A DNA stretch of 64,000 bases, taken from the NCBI RefSeq assembly GCF_000181795.1, contig NW_003526943.1:1056487-1120486 (forward strand). Direction: 5' to 3'. How positions within the stretch are numbered: the stretch's first letter is position 1; each line of letters starts with the position of its first letter. Source of the stretch: Trichinella spiralis. Taxonomy: Eukaryota. Under the pieces are notes generated by a model that saw only the letters and a list, made by a program, of their open reading frames with translations, was not told the DNA's origin and made no database searches. Positions 13,211 to 26,276 of this stretch are shown here, one piece after another. The position numbers and the translations under genes were made by a program.

Positions 13211-14477
13211 ATGTCGATGAATTTGGGAACCACAAAATGGTATCCAACTAGACCGTTTGTTGACTACGACGACAGTAATATCTATTCATAAATGGGTAGC
13301 CGTACTGAATGATTATTTTTTATGTTTCTTTATATTTAGAAGTTGAACCATTTGGATTGATTATTCTTAACGGTGATGTGAAATGCTCTTGCAGACGCAA
13401 TACTGTGAAGCGGTTTTGGAAAGCAGGTGAAATTTCTCATCATTGTTTCTAGCATAGGAAAGGAGAACATTTTGACGAAAGCGATATATGTTTTTTTTCT
13501 CTTGACATGGTTAATAATAATTTAATTTTCGTCATTCGTTAGCTGCTATTAAAATAGCCGCAGACGGAGCTTCGAATCTTCTTTATGAAATGACCAACGA
13601 TAAATTTTCACTCTGCCCTGATGTTATGTGTGGTGATTTGGATTCTATAAGTGACGAAGCTCGCATGCACTTTGAAGCGATGGTAAATTTTTGAAAATTA
13701 TTATCATTTGAATGAAAACTTTATTTGAAAAATATTTTCCCTTTCCAGGGTTCAGAAGTGGTTAAAATTGCTTCACAATCCGTAACGGATTTTACCAAAA
13801 GTGTCGACACTATGTTTCGGATGGCATCTAGAAAAAATATATCGGTAATAGTTTTTTGAAGTTGAAATTTTAATATGTAAATAAGTGAATAATTAATTCA
13901 TTGATTGGGCAGGTTTTTAATGGTTAATTTATATTTCAGTTGAAGAGTATTTACACTGTTGGTGGTCTGTGTGGTCGATTTGATCACATTTTTGGATGTA
14001 TGGAATCGTTGTTTTTAAGTTACAAAATAGAACCCACTGTTCCTATTTATTTGTGGCATTACGAATCGTTGTTGTTTCTCCTTCCAATGGTGAGATGAGT
14101 CACATTTATAGATTTACAATATATGTGTTTATGGAACTTCTTTTTTTTATAGGGACAACACAGAGTTTCTATTGATCAAAGCGTTATTACAGGCAAATGT
14201 GGTCTGATACCGATTGGGAATCGAGTCAGTTCTATATTTACAACTGGCCTTCAGTGGAATTTGAGTAATAAATACATCATATATATATGTATATGTAAAT
14301 TACGTTTTAAATTATTTGAAAGTTAATTGAATTTTAGAAGGGGAGCAGTTAGCTTTTGGGACACTGGTCAGCACGTCGAACGAAGTGAAATGTGACGTTG
14401 TGAATGTTTGCACATCTGATCCAGTGTTGTTTACAATGGAGTTGGAAGTTTCATCGATTAATCTGGAAACTGAGTAA
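13211..14477 (+). CDS. tpk-1: Thiamine pyrophosphokinase, 7 exons
   Basis: Spliced exons give IAADGASN, PDVMCGDLDSI, SQSVTDFTK, GGLCGRFDH, CGLIPIG, TTGLQWNL and LAFGTLVSTSN, the TPK1 motif series; TAA at 14475-14477. Absent from the ORF track. Confidence 0.93.
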
Positions 14478-15373
14478 AATTATACGAGTATTGTGCCAGG
14501 ACTTACGTAATATATTTAAGTTCATTTTTGCATTAAAATGTACACTGCACTTTACAATGCTTACAAGGAAAAATAAATAAATAAATAAATAGCTATGCAG
14601 TTGCTCTTATGATGATACTCTTTCAAAGAAAAATCAAAATAACGAACAGATTGTTGTAAAAATATTTTTTGCATTAACTGTAGTGGATACAGTAAACCAG
14701 GATATTGTACCTGATAATTCCTCGTGATACTATTTATACTATCTCATGATTGTACCTTGAATCTTGGCCGCGTTTTGTTTAATAAAACTTGACTTTGGGA
14801 GTTTTTAGTTACAATTTGTCCAAAGTCGAAATGATTAAACTTTTAATAAACTTTTCTGAAATCGAAAAAATGAAAATTTTCATTTTTATAATTAATTAAT
14901 TTAGAAAATAATAATAATGCTGGAGACTGTTTATTTAATTTGCAGAATTCACTGTCAAAGTGCCAAAGCACTTCTCAGTATAACAAGTAAACAGTATTTG
15001 TCATCAAAATTCATCAAGTTAAATATTATTTATACAACAACAATCAACAGACGAGGTTCATTGTTGTACACTTTTATTTTATAGCATACTGTAATTTAAA
15101 AAACTCTAGCAACACACAAGTATGCTGTGCATATTAATTCGTGTGTATTAATTAATTTTTCACTTGAAAATGTAAATTTATTTACATAAGACGAGTGAAT
15201 TATTTATTTTACAATGTCAAATTTAAAATTCATACAATTTTCCCTGTTGCATGACAATTGAACATTTCAAACAGAAAAATGGAAAGTTGGTATAATTTTT
15301 ATTTGAAATGAAAAATATCCAGAATAAAACTTAACCATTAACATTAACAATAAAAAGACGAGGCGATTTTTCA

Positions 15374-18300
15374 TCAAAAATATTTCTTGCATAAATCCAA
15401 TTTATAAGAATAATCAATACTGTCGATGGGTTTCCAACTTTCCTCGTCGCATCTGTCTTTATATTGGAAAATTACATTTTTCAAACTTTGCTGCTGATAA
15501 CCGTCCAATCCCACCAGTCGATCCTAGAACACAGAAAACAATGAAGAAGAGGAAGATGAAAATGGGGATGATTTGTCAAGTTGAAGTTTGGATTGGTGGA
15601 ATAATGAATAGCAAACTGAATGCTGAAGAGTTAGTTACCATAAATTTAGTCGTTCCATCTTCTTGCACGCCCAACAAATGAACCAAACAAGCCTCAGAAG
15701 CACACCGAACAGCGCTGTTCTTGTCCTTAATTGTGGACAGCATTGCCATGACGAATGCCTGCGATTGGAGAAATAGAAAACAAAAAATGCAAATGAACAA
15801 CGTACGTACAACAGAATAAATCAAAATAATAAAAATACAATCTTTGAAACATTAATTTCAAAAATTAAACATAACTGTATATTATTATTATTATTATGCC
15901 AATTGAGATCGATCATACCTTGAATAGCATTAGTGGAATTTCAGCAACTTCGTGGGAAATGTAAGAGATTAAATTGGCGCACGTTTTCCGTATGTCCGAA
16001 TTGTCGTGCTTCAAAGCGTACAGAAGACCATTGACAACAACATCATCCTGTTCGAGGCCGTTTTTCATTTGATAAATCAACAAATAAGTTATAGCACGCA
16101 GACCAGTGTCCATCAAAGTTATCTGAAAATAAACAACATGTTGCTGTAGTAACATCAAAAAAACATTAATATAAAAAAAATCCCAACTTACCGACGACGA
16201 ACCGATCAAAAGTAACAAAAAATTATAAGTAGACTTGCAAAATTGATCCAATAGCTTCTTCGCGTCAATCTTCAATATGAGCATAATCAACGTGCCGGTA
16301 AAATGATTCTCATCATCGCTAGCTTGTTGATAATTATCTAAAATTAAAATTAAAGCAAAACACAAAATTTACATGAATTAAACAAAAAGCTTACGAAACG
16401 ATGTCATTTTATTCAACGTGAAAGACAATTCCAAATCACTGCTGAAATGGCAGAGCAATACGCTGAGCAGCGATGCACAAGCAACGCGATGATTTTCGTC
16501 ACCGCTGACCACTTTCATCAAGACAGCATGACGAATTTTCTGTAGAATTTCCTCATCCAGCTGAACATCAGTCGCGCTCAACAACACGCAACGAATGCCA
16601 ATCAAATGAGCTTCTCTTGAAGTAAAAAGCAAGAAAGAAAACAAACAACGAAATACACAATATATATTATATGTATGTATTATAATAAACGTATACTTCA
16701 ATGCAGGCTGTTCTACAGTTTTCAAACTGTTCAAAAGTGATTGTAGTATCACATTTCGTCTTTCTGCCAATTTGGACAATTCGCCGAAACCTTGTGCAGC
16801 GGTCAAACGGATAGAATACGAGCTCTGCTCATTCAAAAGACGCAAGAACAAATTTTGCAATTGCGGAGCAAAGCATTTCATCACCGACGGAATCTTAAAA
16901 CAACAACAAAATAAACAATAAATAAATAAACAATACATCATGCAAGATTATCAACAAAGCCGTGATCACCTTGACCAACAGTGCAAGCAAGGATCGCAAC
17001 AGTGGCGTTCGGATGGAATTAGCATGACGCTCACCCAAGATGCGAATCATCGCACCGACCAGCATCACCGCGCTCGGATGCAGCGACGATTCCGAACAAG
17101 CTCCAATAAGCTTGAACAACAAATTTACACAAAGCTGACGTCGCACTTCACTGCCACCTTCGATCAAGCAGCTTCGAAGCATGCTCACAATTGGGCTGAC
17201 CGTCAGCTCGTGACACAGACCAGGAACAGGGGAAGAACAATTATCCGATTCCATTTCACCGATCAACGACGACAACGGTCTGCCCAACGACGGCAACAAC
17301 TCCACCAACTGATCGCTATCCAACTGCTATAAAAAAACAAGTAAACAATAAATATTGAAATTCAAAAAAAAATAATAATAATAAAAATAAAACCAAATTC
17401 ATACTCGAAAACACTGTCCAATAGAGTTGCCAATTATGCGCAGAATATTTTCATTGTCCAATTTGTAAAAGTTCAAACCACAAGCGATCATTTCATCACC
17501 AAATTCACTGACCGGAAGCTGAAATGAATAGAAAATTTTCAACACAACAAAAATTAAAAAGTTATTAAAAAATCACCTACCTGCGCATGTGAGCAAAGAG
17601 CGCTGAACATCATCGCAGCAATATAGCACTTTTTTTCGTCTCTCGTTTTAAACTTTTCACGCACGAATATGAAAGCTTGATTCATTGACATTCTACTGTT
17701 CATTGCACCGACAATCAGGGAAAAATGTTCCAATGTCTTAAGAATAAAAAAAATTAAACAAATAATTTCATTTCATTTCATTTCATTTTAATCCCATCCA
17801 TACAATGTCCAAAGTATTGTGGCCGTGGCTGATCATCAACGAAGTAAACATCGCTTTCAACACTTGGTGTAAATATTGCGCAAGTATATCCGGCGCCTGT
17901 GAAAACAATTTCCCCATTGCCTCACTGTTCGATGGCATCGAACAGAGCTAGAAAAAACAAAACTCAATCAACCACGCCCAAAAATGCATACATGAAATTT
18001 CATTGCTCACATTCGGCATAAAATGGACCAGCAACACTCGCCCTCGGGTACTCATCACCTGCTGCAAACTGTCCAAGAAGTAACTTCTGGTCGATGGATT
18101 TGACTAAATGATTGAAATAATTATTAAAATAATAATAATAATAACAACACAAACCATATTCTCCATCAACGGACGGGATAAGAAGGGGACAATTTTCGGA
18201 CCGGTCGATAGATACAACGCAACAAACGCTTCACTGGCAGCGGTCCGCACTCCGGGCACCTCGTCGCACATAGCTCTCAGCACAGTGGGAAACAGTCTTT

Positions 18301-18556
18301 GCGCATACGAAGCAACCTGAAAATAAATAAATATACTGTCGATTTTTTTCTTCATCTTCATCCAGTATTTTTCATCTTTGCTCAACTATTTCTCGATTTG
18401 TGCTCTGTATGATTTGAGACAAGGCCAGACAAACGCCGTGCCGTTGTTCGGCTCCTTCGTTCGAAAAATCACCCTCCAATAATGGTACAATGTCGTAAAA
18501 AATTCGATCACCGACCGTTCCAACCAAACTGCCCATACAACTCGAAGCCATCTTCA

Positions 18557-18587
<31 letters not shown>

Positions 18588-21500
18588 CAAACAAACAAAC
18601 AACCTTTTGCTTGCCAATACAAGAACTACCAATGCAGCTCAACAATTGCAAGAACAACGTGCTCATGATTTGAGATAGCGTTTGCACGGTATTGACGACA
18701 ACAACTTTCCAAATATGACTCGCCATATTGCGTACCGAAGTTAGTTCGTCGAATCGAGTTATGTATATTCCAGAAAATATTCGATCACTGTGATCAGAAC
18801 CAAGCTTTTGTCGAATAGACTTGAAAAATAATACGCATTTTTATGTGTTTAACAAAAATATTCATATTATACAACCTGAAATGACGAAACTGTACCGAAC
18901 GTTTCTTCTTCATATCCAACAGTGGTCATTTTTCCGGACACTCCTTCAATTAGAAACAAACAACTATTCCCGAACATATTTAAATATCATCAATAATGGA
19001 TACCAATAATTTTGAACAACAACTCGCCGAGCAGTTGCAAAGACGACAGTCGAATTCGCCAATTACTGTCATAAATACCCTCCTCCAATGAAGGTAACAA
19101 TTTCGTCGTTGCCGTTTCACTGTACAAGTGAACAATTCTCTTGCCGGCTCGAAGTGCACTTTCTCGCAAAAATTCCGACTCGTCAGCCAAAGCCTGAAAT
19201 ATAAAAATTCAACGTATTATATGTATATACAACGATTGCAAATATGTCTTGCATATTCTTCACAGTTTAATTAATATTCAATTACTTGTAAAATGATTGA
19301 AATAACTGTGTCCAAATAAGGCAAAAATCGATTGCCAAAAACCACCGGCAAATAGACAAATAAATTCATGAAACCGTCACGAACGTGAGCTTCAGCACCG
19401 GGGGATACTGATACGTCAAACAATTGGGGCATAATCACTTCTAGGTAATCTTCACCAATCGCTCCAATAACTTCACTCAAACCTAAAATTGATCAAATTT
19501 TTTGCAAAAAAATTACATTCAGATAAAACAAATATTAAGTTGATCAAAAATTACCTTGAGCTGCCCCTTCACGGTTGATTCCACTACTTTTGCAAACAAC
19601 CATCCCTCGCAGCCATTCCAAAAGATCCACAAATTTCTCTTTGCCAGCTGCTTGTACCATCAAGCCCATCGCTCGTGCAGTGACACTCCTCACTTCAGGT
19701 ACAGGATCGAATAGATTCTTCTTCACACCGGGAAGTATTGATTCCAAATATAGATTCACTTCCTTAAAAAGATAAAATAATTCACAACTGTTGTTTTCTT
19801 CAAAAATATATAGCAACATTACTAATAGAATATATTTACAATAATACTAATTATTATTAAAAATATAAAAAGATAAAGTGATCATCAATAAACGAGATGA
19901 GATGACTTATTACCTCATTACCGGAAAGACGATAAATGTTGCCCATGACCAACGCAGCCATGCGACGCGTTTCAGAAGAACGATCTTCAAAAGCTCGTGT
20001 CAAGACCGGCATAACCAAAGCCAACGAAGCTGCATCAATATAGTGCATGAAACGGGTATGGACTAGCTGCTTTAAACAATTTTCAGTCTTTTCGGGATTT
20101 TCCAAAGCAACCAACAATGAATCCGAAATATCTAAATAAAAAAAAACCAAAAATCGTGCAAATTGATGAAATAAATTGATTTAAAAAAATTTTTATACTC
20201 AAAATTTCTGGATTCTTGATCACTTTGGCAACGGCACGCAATGCCTGCAAAGCTGACTGCTGGACACGTTCGTGAGTGTCAAATAACAGTTCTACCAAAT
20301 TCGGCACAATTTGTGGCAGACTAATCGACAACTGCTTCGGTGCACAATAAGCCATAGCGCGTAACATATCAATAGAGCCTGAACAAGACATAATTCACAT
20401 ATAATACTAATAATAATAATAATAAATAAGATATGCAAGATTTAAATATTGGAAAAAAAAATTAACCGCATTTGGTCCGCCAAGAATCCACATTCAAGCT
20501 ATTCAATATTCCTGGTAATAGCATATTCATTGTGTATGGAGTTAAATTTTTCATCCATATTTCAGCACAGTCGTTCGCTGCCTGTATTCAAAAGATACAA
20601 AAAAACATTATTACCAGTAAACTAGATGATGCTAATTTATATTTTCACAATGACCACTCACTTGTCTGACATGACGATCCACATCGCCCAAGCAGAACAG
20701 CAAATTCGACGTCAACAACAACATGTAAGGCTCAAATACTTTCCCCAAAATCGTGCTCAGAACTTCTAAACAAATCACCGCACCTAGAAAACAAACAAAT
20801 AAATATACAAGCAAGTAAATAAATAAACTGAAAATATTGAAAACCTTCTCGTCGACTAGCAGATCCTTTGTCAGCGATGGCATCCCGCAGTTCACTGACA
20901 ATGTGCAATTGCTTCAATGACAAAATGCCCATCCCTTTGACCAATCCGGCAATGCCGTAAGCAGCGCCACGACGTTCACCGTAATTTGCATCGCTGAACA
21001 ACAACTGCAGCAAATTGCGAATAACATTCGGTGCCTCTTTCAACACGGACGGAACCAATGGCGGTATACAACTAGCAATTGCCTCTTGTACCTTGTTTGA
21101 TAAAAAATTTTTTATAATAAAGTTTTTATAATTGAATCTTTGAAAAAAACTACCTCTTGTGAAGGAATTGAGAGATTTTCGATGAGCCGGACGAAAACCA
21201 TTTGAACCTTGGCGTCGTTTTTATCCAAATGCTGCGCTACGGATCCGGACAAGATCACAGCCGCCACACGCAAAGGATCATGAGCGGCGTCGTTTGGACA
21301 ATTGAGCAAATTTTCAATTTTTTCAAAAATGAAATTAATGTGGTTCTAAATATTTTTCGAAGAAAAAAATATACATCAAAATATTTGGGTTTATTATGAA
21401 ACGAAAAAGTTACTTTTCCGTGCAATTTGACAGCTTCGATGGCAGCATTTAACATGGCAAAACGAACTTCGCCAAAGTTGTCGTTCAAAGCTTCGGCAGA

Positions 21501-24108
21501 AATTGCATTGAGAAGCAAAGGCAAGTCACTTTCTTTGATTAAACTTGATGATCTGAAGAACGTGCTTGCTATGCCCATTTTCAAATGCAATACAGTATGT
21601 AGCAGTTCATCATCAATTGCACGTCCAAAATTATCCGTCATTGATGAAGCTTTCTAAACAAATTCATTGGCATTTACGTTTGTTTGTTGGATGAATTTTA
21701 TCAGCTGAAAACTTTACATCAGTCAACTGATCGTATATTTCATTCAAATGATCCAACAATACTGCCAGCGGGTAAACACCACTTTTCATAGCGTTGCAAA
21801 TTGCCGTCGCCACTACCGCCCGTATCTCATCGTTTGGATTGTTCAACATTTCTGTAAATACGTGCAACGAGTCTGGGTGCAGCTCCATTCGATTACTTTC
21901 CCAAATTCTAAATAACATAATGCTATAACTGATGCATGAAAATTATTCATTTATTCATTTACGTGTTGGCTAAACTGGCAACGGATTCGTTCATATCAAA
22001 TTTCAACGTGTACAGCTTGGTCAAGATTTCATTAGACAGTGAGTCGATTTCAACAATACGAAGCGCAATCTGCAAGCTCTGAAAAAATACAAAAATATTT
22101 CTTGCTCTACGTATAAAATTTTTTTCATTTTAATTTTCCAATTAACCTCCAGGAATATTTCTTTTACAGCATAGTCGATCGTTGTGAACATTTTGTCCAA
22201 CACGAGCTGTATCATTTTGACAACAGCTGCGCTGACATCCTGCAAACAGCTGGCTTCGGCCAACTGTTCAACAGTGTTGTAAAGACAAGAGGCACCCAGT
22301 TGTCTCACTTTAAAACTATTTGCAGTGCAAACGTTATCACAGATTAATTCAAATATTTCTGATGCCGGCAGATTCTCTTCTTCGAACTGAAAAAGCATTT
22401 ATTTCAGCAATACAATAATAATAATAATAATAATAAAGCCATGTTGATAATTTACCACTTGACATTTGTAAGCTTTTTTACCAACTTGAACCTCAATGAA
22501 CGACAACATACTGCATATAAAATCTTCTTCTTTCTCTTCATGCAGCATCACCAAAATCATCTGCTTAACCAATGGAAAACCGACTGCAAACACTGACGTC
22601 GCCAGTGGCAAAGCTGCATAACTTTCCGTCGTATCCAACAATGAATCATAATCATCGTCTTCACTTCCACAAAAAACAGCAGCTAAACAATTAATGTATC
22701 ATGTGCAAATTAATATCCTCCATTGACAATATATCTGTTTCAATACACAAAAATAATACTAATAATTTACCGTGAAGTTTTTCCACAACTCCTCTACCTT
22801 GAGAAATTGCTGACTCTTCTGTCCACTGCTTATCCAGAGGTGCGCAGCAATTCAACAAACGCAAAGTTGCGTACGCGCAGCGTAATGCTAAAAAGTCCCA
22901 TTGTTGGAATTTGAATAAATAAGGAGAAATCAATTCACAACTGATAGCGTCATGCGTGTGCGTATACCTAAAATGTTTTCCGATTTTGGGAACATCCGCG
23001 TCACTAAGCTGAGCCAACAATCCACAGCTTTGGACGACAAAGGTTCACACTGAAGCATTTTCAACAATGTTTCGACAATTTTTTGCACGTTGCGACTTAA
23101 ATGTGGTGAATTGGATTCAATCGCAGCTCGAATCAAATCCAAACCGTGAACACTGTTCGTGATCAGCTGAAAATATGCAAATCATTAATTATATATACAT
23201 ATACGTATATTATTTTATTCTTTTCACATATGAACCTTTTCGAGATCAGCACCGTGATCATTGTTAACTTGTTTCCCTTCAACTTGTTTCGATAATCCAA
23301 CTTTTCGTTCTTGCTTCGACTGGGAAGATTTCTTTGACTATATTAAAAAAACATACAATTAAATATAATTAAATAAATTTTCTTTAAAAAAACCTCCACC
23401 TTTGACAAGCTTTCTTTAGTGGCTTGTTTAGTTTGCTTACCACTGGAGGATTTGCAAAATCTAAATTTCCAATTTCAATGTTAAAAAAATTTTCAATACA
23501 CTCTTCCATCTGTACTGCGATGCTTCTTCGCCAACGCTGGACGTTTGGGATTTCTCGATCGCTTTAATACTCGCCTGTATCACCGTTTCGTCCAACGCCA
23601 TTTCAGCCGACTTGTGAAGCAAATCTCGAAATACGTTCATGTCACACCGAGTGAAAATTTGCTTCCCAATTTCAGTTGCATACTGAAAGAAAATATGAAA
23701 AATCAGCAAATTTAATAAAATAAATAAACATTCTTTTTTTCAAATGCTCACCTTTTGCTCGGCTCTCAATGCTAATGCACACAATTCAACGTGATGCTCT
23801 CGTATATAATCGATCGGAGTGAAGTTGTAAAATTTCAAAATTGAATCCCAAAATTTCGGTGCAACTTCCACTGAAAAACATCAAATTAATAACAATTATT
23901 GCAAAAAATTGTTTTTTTTAATTTTAATCCTACAAATATCTGGTCTTGACAAACAAATCAGAGCTTGGTTGATTATCTGGGTGGAAGGGTCAAAATTTCT
24001 GCCACACAATTTCACAACCACCGACGCTAAAATCCGACTTTTCCTGTTCTCTCCTGATGAATCAACCGCCATTGAATCCTGCTTCTCAGTCTGCAATTTA
24101 ACAAACAT
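15374..24108 (-). CDS. gcn-1: GCN1, eIF2-alpha kinase GCN2 activator (HEAT repeats); multi-exon, 5' part lost in the gap
   Basis: GCN1-type segments YGERRGAAYGIAGLVKGMG, LRAMAYCAPKQLSISLPQIVP, HYIDAASLALVMP, DPVPEVRSVTARAMG and DSNWRIRLSSLQLLGELLF; last exon ends DLCKKYF* at 15374. Confidence 0.95.
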
Positions 24109-24684
24109 NNNNNNNNNNNNNNNNNNNNNNNNNNNNNNNNNNNNNNNNNNNNNNNNNNNNNNNNNNNNNNNNNNNNNNNNNNNNNNNNNNNNNNNNNNNN
24201 NNNNNNNNNNNNNNNNNNNNNNNNNNNNNNNNNNNNNNNNNNNNNNNNNNNNNNNNNNNNNNNNNNNNNNNNNNNNNNNNNNNNNNNNNNNNNNNNNNNN
24301 NNNNNNNNNNNNNNNNNNNNNNNNNNNNNNNNNNNNNNNNNNNNNNNNNNNNNNNNNNNNNNNNNNNNNNNNNNNNNNNNNNNNNNNNNNNNNNNNNNNN
24401 NNNNNNNNNNNNNNNNNNNNNNNNNNNNNNNNNNNNNNNNNNNNNNNNNNNNNNNNNNNNNNNNNNNNNNNNNNNNNNNNNNNNNNNNNNNNNNNNNNNN
24501 NNNNNNNNNNNNNNNNNNNNNNNNNNNNNNNNNNNNNNNNNNNNNNNNNNNNNNNNNNNNNNNNNNNNNNNNNNNNNNNNNNNNNNNNNNNNNNNNNNNN
24601 NNNNNNNNNNNNNNNNNNNNNNNNNNNNNNNNNNNNNNNNNNNNNNNNNNNNNNNNNNNNNNNNNNNNNNNNNNNNNNNNNNNN
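24109..24684. other. Assembly gap (576 N)
   Basis: Run of N. Confidence 1.
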
Positions 24685-24966
24685 AAGGGAAAATGCACAA
24701 TTAACAAATTGTTCACAGTTGCAGCTTTCTAGCTTAACCAAGGAGTGACAACTACTAAATTGTTAGCATCTGGTTAATTTCTTGATGTTACTTGGAGTGT
24801 TCTATTTAAATCTTTCTTGTTTACAATCCAATAATTTTACTTTAATATTTTCAAAGTTTCTTTCATTACGAAACAAACATTCATATATGTATTTTTATAC
24901 ATGTCGATGAGGTTTGCTGTTTCTATGAAAAATCTTGTTTGACGTTCATACATTTCATATAAAATA

Positions 24967-25099
24967 CAGTCCAACTTGATTAAGTGCATAAGATTTTGGC
25001 CGAAAAAAATTCCCTGTAGTCAATTAAACGGTAAAATAATGGATAAGTGCATAGTAATTCTTGCCAAATTCCATGCTCACTTATAAGCAAGTTCAAATG
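24967..25099. mobile_element. Short TA-flanked MITE (pogo/Tigger-type)
   Basis: Left end TA|CAGTCCAACTTGATTAAGTGCAT resembles the reverse complement of the right end (TA|CATTTGAACTTGCTTATAAGTGAGCAT); TA on both sides. Confidence 0.55.
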
Positions 25100-25378
25100 T
25101 AATTTGAAATGCAACATCAAACAGATCAGCTACATCATAGGCGCTGCTTTTGATGCGGAATGTTTAAATATTTCATTATCATTAAAATATATACACTGAA
25201 AGTTTGCAAATGGAAATGAGAATAGATGGCAATTTAAGTGTTCACCAACGCACTACCACCACTTTTGTTCAGATGTTCAAATAGAAAGTTTACAATTTGC
25301 ACCAAATATATAAAACTAAATTTGCTTTTTGATTTGTAAATAATATTGAAAATTTTTAATTATTTATTTAAATAAAAT

Positions 25379-25565
25379 NNNNNNNNNNNNNNNNNNNNNN
25401 NNNNNNNNNNNNNNNNNNNNNNNNNNNNNNNNNNNNNNNNNNNNNNNNNNNNNNNNNNNNNNNNNNNNNNNNNNNNNNNNNNNNNNNNNNNNNNNNNNNN
25501 NNNNNNNNNNNNNNNNNNNNNNNNNNNNNNNNNNNNNNNNNNNNNNNNNNNNNNNNNNNNNNNNN
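25379..25565. other. Assembly gap (187 N)
   Basis: Run of N. Confidence 1.
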
Positions 25566-26230
25566 TTGGTCGAAGAAAATTTTGGCTGTTTTTGATAAAT
25601 ACGTCAATAGTAGAAAACTTTTAAAGGTGATCATGAATTTTCTGCAGCGTTGGATCGCGTAAGTATCTTTTCTGAGTTATATTAATTTCATTTGTATTCA
25701 GTAATGTAATATGTTTTTTACGTTGTTTTGTAAATTAGCTTTGTATAATTGCTTGTCTAGTTTGTTTAATTTGGATCTTCTGGAAATTTGATTGAATATA
25801 AAGATGCATTGACGAGATAATCAGCGTGATTATGAAATTGACATTTAAAATATGTTTCAGGCTTGTTTGGCTGTTATCAATCATCGAAATGGAAGCAAAG
25901 ATCCCGCCAAAGCTGCAGAATGGGTAAGTTTACCTCTGTGAAAAAAATATATGCATCTGTGTCTGTGTGTGTTTGATTATGTTTGGATAGAAAAGATAAA
26001 TGATTCTTTTTCTTATTTAGTTATCGAAGCATATTGATCAAATACTTCGAAAATCTACGAAACCTATAGTGGAGAGTTATATAGATTTCGAGGTTTGAAT
26101 GACGCTTTGTGAAGATTGCTATTTTATTTATAATTATTTTTAGCTTACAAAAGCAATTAATATTCTTCGCTTTGTTGATGATAAAGATTTATTTCACAAA
26201 GTGAGTGAGTGATTATATGACTTTTATTAT

Positions 26231-26276
<46 letters not shown>

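Noticed and set aside
16940..17332. 130-aa plus-strand Gln/His-rich ORF
   Set aside because: Antisense to a GCN1 exon.
23896..24748. Long ORFs of 200-281 aa
   Set aside because: Artefacts of reading through N runs.
25566..25620. Apparent frameshifts at the start of the cullin fragment
   Set aside because: They sit at a contig edge next to a gap; more likely base-call errors than pseudogenisation, since downstream exons are intact.
26236..26262. (TA)n tract, plus (AAT)n tracts in several introns
   Set aside because: Ordinary intronic microsatellites.
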